This document shows positions 59,201 to 64,000 of a stretch of 64,000 nucleotides of DNA, one piece after another. Below the pieces are notes generated by a model. The model worked only from the letters and a program-made list of their open reading frames with translations. It was not told where the DNA came from and did no database searches. How positions within the stretch are numbered: the first letter of the stretch is position 1; the number at the start of each line of letters is the position of its first letter. The position numbers and the translations under genes were made by a program. This DNA is from a virus: positions 1-64,000 of the IMG/VR virus record IMGVR_UViG_3300044707_000140, one strand, 5' to 3'.

Positions 59201-59464
59201 ATGGCTACTAAAAAGAAAGCTGCTCCTAAAAAAGCAGTAAAAAAATCTGGATACCTGTATGTTGATCTATTTAACAATAACACTGCAGATGTTCAGCTAG
59301 ATTGTACTAATGGTGAAATGGTAGAAGCACTTGCAACAGTGTTCAGTGATGCTGAACATCCTGTCACTAGAATAGTTGTTACAGCATTAGGTTTAGCAGT
59401 TACTGAATTGGAAAAGAAAGAAAAGAAAGTTAAGAAGAAAGCAGCTCCCAAAAAGAAGAAATGA
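59201..59464 (+). CDS. Protein with histone-H1-like KKAAPKK tails
   Basis: KKKAAPKK at both termini. Confidence 0.7.
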   Translation: MATKKKAAPKKAVKKSGYLYVDLFNNNTADVQLDCTNGEMVEALATVFSDAEHPVTRIVVTALGLAVTELEKKEKKVKKKAAPKKKK

Positions 59465-61419
59465 TGAATGTGATCATTTATGATATCGAAACCTTAAAAG
59501 AATACTTTCTAGTGGTAGTATTAGTTCCTCAAGAACCGTATAGAGTATTTAAAGTTAATCAAGAAGAGAACAGTCTGGGTGCGTTTGTTAAGTTCACCGA
59601 GCAGTATAAAGATTATTATTGGGTGGGCTACAATAATCTTCGGTTTGACTCTCAAGTGGTGGAATGGGTACTGCGTAACAATGAATATTGGCATGAGCTT
59701 TCCAACTTGGAAATAACAGCCAAAATACACCAGAAGGCAGCTGATGTCATACATGACGCTAATTTCGATGTGTTTCCTGAATTTAGGGAGTATGACCTAA
59801 GCCTCAAACAGATTGATCTCTTCAAGATTCACCACTTTGACAACAAGAATAGACGTGTTAGTCTTAAGCGCTTAGAGTTTGAGATGGACCTTGAGAACAT
59901 TGAAGAAATGCCTATACACCATGACAAGACAAACATGACTAGGGATGAAATCATCCTTACGACAGAATATTGTTTGAATGATGTGTGGGCCACCTATCAG
60001 TTCTACAAGGTGACTATTGGTGATACAGATCATCCTTTGTATAAAGGTGATAACAGAATACAGCTCAGACAGGATATACAGGATGAGTTTGGCATTCCTT
60101 GTCTAAACTATTCTGACAGTAAGATTGGTGATGAGATGATCAAAAAGTATTACTGCCAGGAGAAGGGTATAGACTATAGGGACCTACCTAAAAAGGGTAA
60201 GTTTGAGAAGAAAACTTATGTCAAAAACTGTATTGCGGACTATGTACAGTTCCAAACACCTGAGCTGCAAAAGTTTCTAGCACGCATCAGAAAGATGAGT
60301 TTGGGTATGCAGGATGATTTCAAAGAGGAACTACACTTCTATAACAATGTGTATTCCTTCATGAAAGGTGGTTTGCATACAGAGAACGGTCCCAAGATCT
60401 TTGAAGCTGATAATGAGCACGAGATTATAGACTGGGATGTATCCAGCTATTATCCAGCCATTATCATTAACAATGGTCGTTATCCAAGACATTTGGGTAA
60501 AGAATTCCTTCAGGGCTATAAGACAATGTTTGAGAAAAGATTGGAACTCAAGCCTTTAGCTAAGAAGGACAAGAAAATCAAGGGTATTGTAGGAGCACTA
60601 AAGCTTGCTGTAAACTCAGTTTATGGTAAGAGCTCTGACATACAGAACTGGATTTATGATAGACAGCTCACTATGTTCACCACCATTACAGGTGAGCTGA
60701 GCTTAATGATGCTTATAGAAGCTTATGAACTGGCTGGCATTAATGTCATATCTGCTAACACAGATGGTGTAACAATTATGATCAAAAAATGTTACATAGA
60801 CAAGATGCACGAGATAAACAGCTGGTGGAGTGAGCTAACACAATATGAGCTCGAGAGGGCTGACTATCAAAAGATTATATTTTCCACGGTAAATGACTAT
60901 CTTGCAATAAAAACAGATGGAGAGATTAAGAAGAAAGGCGATTTCCTCACGGATTTCGAGCTTCATAAGAACAAGTCAGCGCGTATTGTCCCAATGGCTC
61001 TGGAACAATATTTTGTTAGTGATATACCTGTTGACACTACTATTCGCAACCATAGTAATATCTTTGACTTCTGCCTCAGACAGAAAGCCTCAAAAGACTT
61101 CCACTACGAAGGAATAGATAGGTCCACAGGTGTTAAAACTGTGTACAATAAGCTGATTCGTTATTATATCTCCAACACTGGAGAGAAGCTTCTAAAAATC
61201 AAGAATGAGGATTCTACAAGTGGTGCTGCAGCTGTTTCCCAAGTGGAAGCTGGTGAGTGGCTAGCCACTGTATGCAATAAACTTGATAAAAAACATCCTC
61301 TAGATAACATCAATTATGCCTATTACATTGAGCGTGCTGAGAAGCTCATTAGGAAGATTGAAACAGAAGGTAGATCTCGCAACATAGTTGTAAATCCTAA
61401 CCAATTAAGTTTATTCTAA
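59461..61419 (+). CDS. polB: Family B DNA polymerase
   Basis: Exonuclease DIET, YNN..FD, YC.ND; polymerase DVSSYYP, K.AVNSVYG, NTDG. Confidence 0.93.
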   Translation: MMNVIIYDIETLKEYFLVVVLVPQEPYRVFKVNQEENSLGAFVKFTEQYKDYYWVGYNNLRFDSQVVEWVLRNNEYWHELSNLEITAKIHQKAADVIHDANFDVFPEFREYDLSLKQIDLFKIHHFDNKNRRVSLKRLEFEMDLENIEEMPIHHDKTNMTRDEIILTTEYCLNDVWATYQFYKVTIGDTDHPLYKGDNRIQLRQDIQDEFGIPCLNYSDSKIGDEMIKKYYCQEKGIDYRDLPKKGKFEKKTYVKNCIADYVQFQTPELQKFLARIRKMSLGMQDDFKEELHFYNNVYSFMKGGLHTENGPKIFEADNEHEIIDWDVSSYYPAIIINNGRYPRHLGKEFLQGYKTMFEKRLELKPLAKKDKKIKGIVGALKLAVNSVYGKSSDIQNWIYDRQLTMFTTITGELSLMMLIEAYELAGINVISANTDGVTIMIKKCYIDKMHEINSWWSELTQYELERADYQKIIFSTVNDYLAIKTDGEIKKKGDFLTDFELHKNKSARIVPMALEQYFVSDIPVDTTIRNHSNIFDFCLRQKASKDFHYEGIDRSTGVKTVYNKLIRYYISNTGEKLLKIKNEDSTSGAAAVSQVEAGEWLATVCNKLDKKHPLDNINYAYYIERAEKLIRKIETEGRSRNIVVNPNQLSLF

Positions 61420-61850
61420 TGGATATCAAAAAAGGAGACAAGTTTAAGGACTATATAGGTACTCCTTGTTTCATTAGCTACATCAAGGGAGACATTATAA
61501 AGCTGTCATTCATAGAAGAGCGTCCACACGTAGAGGTTTGGGATAAGAAGGAATTCTTAGCTGAGATTAGCAAGAATAGATTCTTTCCTGAACCACGCGT
61601 TGTGGTGAATAGAACAAACATCACCACACATCTTATTGAATATCAGCTAAATATGGTGGGTAAAACAATAGAGCAAGCTTATGAGTTGGAAGATTGGTAT
61701 CAGCAATGGACCATGACAACAACACAGTTTGAACTCTTCAAAGCATATGCAATCCCTCTGCTTCGTAAGGTATTTAAATTCAACAAACGAAATGCGGAGA
61801 GTACATTTGACTGGTTTAATCTCCAGTATGGTCTTCGCATAAAAGACTAA
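61419..61850 (+). CDS. Hypothetical protein
   Basis: 143 aa; C-terminal WFNL.YGL motif. Confidence 0.7.
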   Translation: MDIKKGDKFKDYIGTPCFISYIKGDIIKLSFIEERPHVEVWDKKEFLAEISKNRFFPEPRVVVNRTNITTHLIEYQLNMVGKTIEQAYELEDWYQQWTMTTTQFELFKAYAIPLLRKVFKFNKRNAESTFDWFNLQYGLRIKD

Positions 61851-61853
61851 TCC

Positions 61854-62015
61854 ATGTTCTACTTTATTATCACCTTTGCAGTGGTTTTCACTGCATGGAT
61901 AGGATGGGAGCTATACAGAGCTCCTAATATGGAAGATGAAAATGATACACTGTATGACCCAACCACTACATGTTGGGATGATGATAAAAATCATACAGAA
62001 GGAGGCTTTCACTAA
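61854..62015 (+). CDS. 53-aa single-pass membrane protein (not in ORF track)
   Basis: MFYFIITFAVVFTAWIGWELYRAP followed by an acidic tail. Confidence 0.6.
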   Translation: MFYFIITFAVVFTAWIGWELYRAPNMEDENDTLYDPTTTCWDDDKNHTEGGFH

Positions 62016-62025
62016 ATCTTTTTTT

Positions 62026-62121
62026 ATGAATAACGATAGAGAGTCTGCGAAAGCAGAGATGATGGGCCTTTTTGCCCTATTTATCGCAATGTTTTTAATT
62101 ACAGTTTTTGATAAATGTTAA
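62026..62121 (+). CDS. 31-aa membrane peptide
   Basis: MNNDRESAKAEMMGLFALFIAMFLITVFDKC. Confidence 0.4.
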   Translation: MNNDRESAKAEMMGLFALFIAMFLITVFDKC

Positions 62122-62127
62122 ACAACT

Positions 62128-62685
62128 ATGGGATCACAATCATTCACCGTAAGAAGCAGAGGCATGTCTGCTAAAGAAGCATATGACAGAGCTGTAGAAG
62201 AGGCTGAATCAGAATATGGCCATCAACAAGGATATAGTGGCGCTATTAATGCTACACCAGGATTTAGAGATGTGACAAAGGACTACAAGTCTTCTAGTCT
62301 TCCTAAATACAATTTTATTGAAAAGCGCATGGATATTCTCACTAAACACCAAGGCGCAGAGTGCATTTGTATTACAGAACCCAAGACCAACACCAACAAG
62401 ATTAAAACACAGGTGGACCATGTTGTAGAGAAAGGCACCAAGAAATGGGTGCTTCTGTATTGTGTTTATGAAGCCTGGAGTGGTAAGTTTGTAGCATCTT
62501 TTGACAAAAAGGGTGATGCTGTAGCTAGAGCTCGTCAGCACACAGAGAAAACACAAGCTGAAACGCATGTAAAAATGGAGAAGAAACTTGAGAAGGGAAC
62601 ACCTCTCACTGCTAAAATCACCTACAAAAAAGCAAAAGATGAAAAAGAAGGCGAATGGGAGTTCTACGGCTGGGCAAGCTGTTGA
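62128..62685 (+). CDS. Conserved phage hypothetical protein
   Basis: MG...F.....G.SA.EAY..A...A..EYGH..GYSG.I...FYGWASC. Confidence 0.75.
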   Translation: MGSQSFTVRSRGMSAKEAYDRAVEEAESEYGHQQGYSGAINATPGFRDVTKDYKSSSLPKYNFIEKRMDILTKHQGAECICITEPKTNTNKIKTQVDHVVEKGTKKWVLLYCVYEAWSGKFVASFDKKGDAVARARQHTEKTQAETHVKMEKKLEKGTPLTAKITYKKAKDEKEGEWEFYGWASC

Positions 62686-62837
62686 TTACACACTTGTTAC
62701 AACCAGAGCAAAGCTCGTGGGTAACATCCTTTATTATTCAGGCGATGAGTTTGAAACAACAGATGACATTACAGAATTAGCAATGGAATCTGAGGAAGAA
62801 CTGGTTGACAGACTCATTAACCTTTTAGATTATTACT

Positions 62838-63035
62838 ATGATAAAGCCAACGAACTTTCCTGAAGATTTTGAGCGGGAAGCACTAAAAGATTCTGTATAT
62901 TTGCTAGAAGAACAACAAAGAATACTGCAGGAGATTAATGAAGAAGAACATAGACTGCCTGCGAAGATTACGCTTTTAACACCTCTTCCTGAATCTACGA
63001 CAAATGAATCTGAAGTTAACACCCTACCATTTTGA
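62838..63035 (+). CDS. Hypothetical protein
   Basis: 65-aa ORF. Confidence 0.5.
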   Translation: MIKPTNFPEDFEREALKDSVYLLEEQQRILQEINEEEHRLPAKITLLTPLPESTTNESEVNTLPF

Positions 63036-63630
63036 AGAGCTAATTAAAAAGAGTTATTCTCTTGATCTAATTTTCTTACTAAAGCTTGTCGAAGAACAGT
63101 ATGACATTGCTTCTCTAAAGGAAGCTAGTGTAAAGATTGCTGCTCTTCATCAAACTTTAGTAAGAAAAGGATTGATTACAGAAACAGAGGATAAACTCAC
63201 CACCATGGGTCAAGAGCTCATTAAGTTTATTGACACCAAAGAACCAAAGAAGATTGTAAAGAAGAAACCTGCAACCACAGAGTTTGAAGAGTGGTGGAAA
63301 GCATATCCAGGTACAGACACATTTAAGCATAATGGTAAGAGCTTTACAGGTGCAAGAAGCTTGAGACAAAACAAGGATGAGTGCAGGTTGAGGTTTGATA
63401 AGATACTTCTAGAGGGAGAATATACAGCAGCTGAACTAATAGAAGCGCTTAAATTTGATGTCCTTCAAAAGAAAGAAAGTTCTGTAAAGAGTGGGACCAA
63501 TAGGCTCACGTACATGCAGAATAGTCTCACCTATCTGAATCAACGCAGCTATGAACCATTTATTGAATTAATCAAAGAGGGTGTTCAGATTGAACAAGCC
63601 CCTAAAATTGTAGGAGGAACAGATATATGA
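63004..63630 (+). CDS. Putative replication initiator / helicase-loader-like protein
   Basis: wHTH-like N-half; FEEWWKAYP...Y.....TYLNQR motif; upstream of helicase. Confidence 0.6.
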   Translation: MNLKLTPYHFEELIKKSYSLDLIFLLKLVEEQYDIASLKEASVKIAALHQTLVRKGLITETEDKLTTMGQELIKFIDTKEPKKIVKKKPATTEFEEWWKAYPGTDTFKHNGKSFTGARSLRQNKDECRLRFDKILLEGEYTAAELIEALKFDVLQKKESSVKSGTNRLTYMQNSLTYLNQRSYEPFIELIKEGVQIEQAPKIVGGTDI

Positions 63631-63878
63631 CAATATATAGCATCTTAGACATAATGGAAAAACAAACATCCAATGCTAGATTTCCTCTAAGACATGACCA
63701 GATACTAAATTTTGGAGACATCATTGTTCGCAGAAATTCTAAATTTATGATTGTAATAAAAGACATGAAGGAGGAAGATAAAGTGATGGTTGCAGAGAAG
63801 TATGGAAATGTTTATGTAAGAGAAAGAAAGAACATATGGTTTTCTACAACACTAAATACTTTAATGCATGAGCTTTGA
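63627..63878 (+). CDS. Hypothetical protein
   Basis: 83-aa ORF. Confidence 0.5.
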   Translation: MTIYSILDIMEKQTSNARFPLRHDQILNFGDIIVRRNSKFMIVIKDMKEEDKVMVAEKYGNVYVRERKNIWFSTTLNTLMHEL

Positions 63879-64000
63879 ACAACTAAAACAAGAGGTCCAG
63901 CTAGGCCTAGAGGGCAGAAATAGCGGCATACCTATGGGCTTTGATAGGCTAAATAGATATATTGGCATCCGTAAGAGCATGTACTTTCTTGTAGGTGGTT
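63868..64000 (+). CDS. DnaB-like replicative helicase, N-terminus (truncated by window)
   Basis: MSFEQLKQEVQLGLEGRNSGIPMGFDRLNRYIGIRKSMYFLVGG leads into the expected Walker A position. Confidence 0.7.
   Translation, partial: MSFEQLKQEVQLGLEGRNSGIPMGFDRLNRYIGIRKSMYFLVGG

Noticed and set aside
48658-61419. Introns, inteins or homing endonucleases in terL, MCP or polB
   Set aside because: Continuous ORFs of expected size without splice or LAGLIDADG/HNH motifs.
62588-62863. Frameshift-extended or alternative-start gene after 62685
   Set aside because: The C-terminal part looks protein-like, but no convincing start or slippery site could be identified; left uncalled.

Overview
This is a 64-kb segment of a crAss-like (Crassvirales-type) dsDNA phage, read in the standard genetic code. 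Canonical TTG-N19-21-TAnnTTTR promoters and SD-less, A-rich translation starts point to a Bacteroidota host. The minus strand (1-52.7 kb) carries the morphogenesis module: small HTH/IHF/Zn-finger genes, TerL, portal, scaffold, major capsid, ring/auxiliary proteins, fibre proteins, a split muzzle (tail stabilisation) gene, four cargo proteins including the 4308-aa virion RNA polymerase, and further fibre genes. After a ~440-bp non-coding strand switch, the plus strand carries small early genes, a family B DNA polymerase and the start of a DnaB-like helicase. Main observations: (1) a modular system of virion surface proteins built from a 'GPFN' beta domain, a ~60-aa Cys domain, a C-x2-Y-x-G docking motif and poly-Thr linkers, one cassette of which appears to split the muzzle gene; (2) a near-perfect bacterial parS palindrome among iteron-like repeats at the strand switch; (3) two families of operator-like boxes upstream of late promoters; (4) a structured RNA after the capsid gene; (5) repeated 'GG' motifs in cargo proteins. 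All family assignments come from recalled motifs and synteny; no database searches were run.
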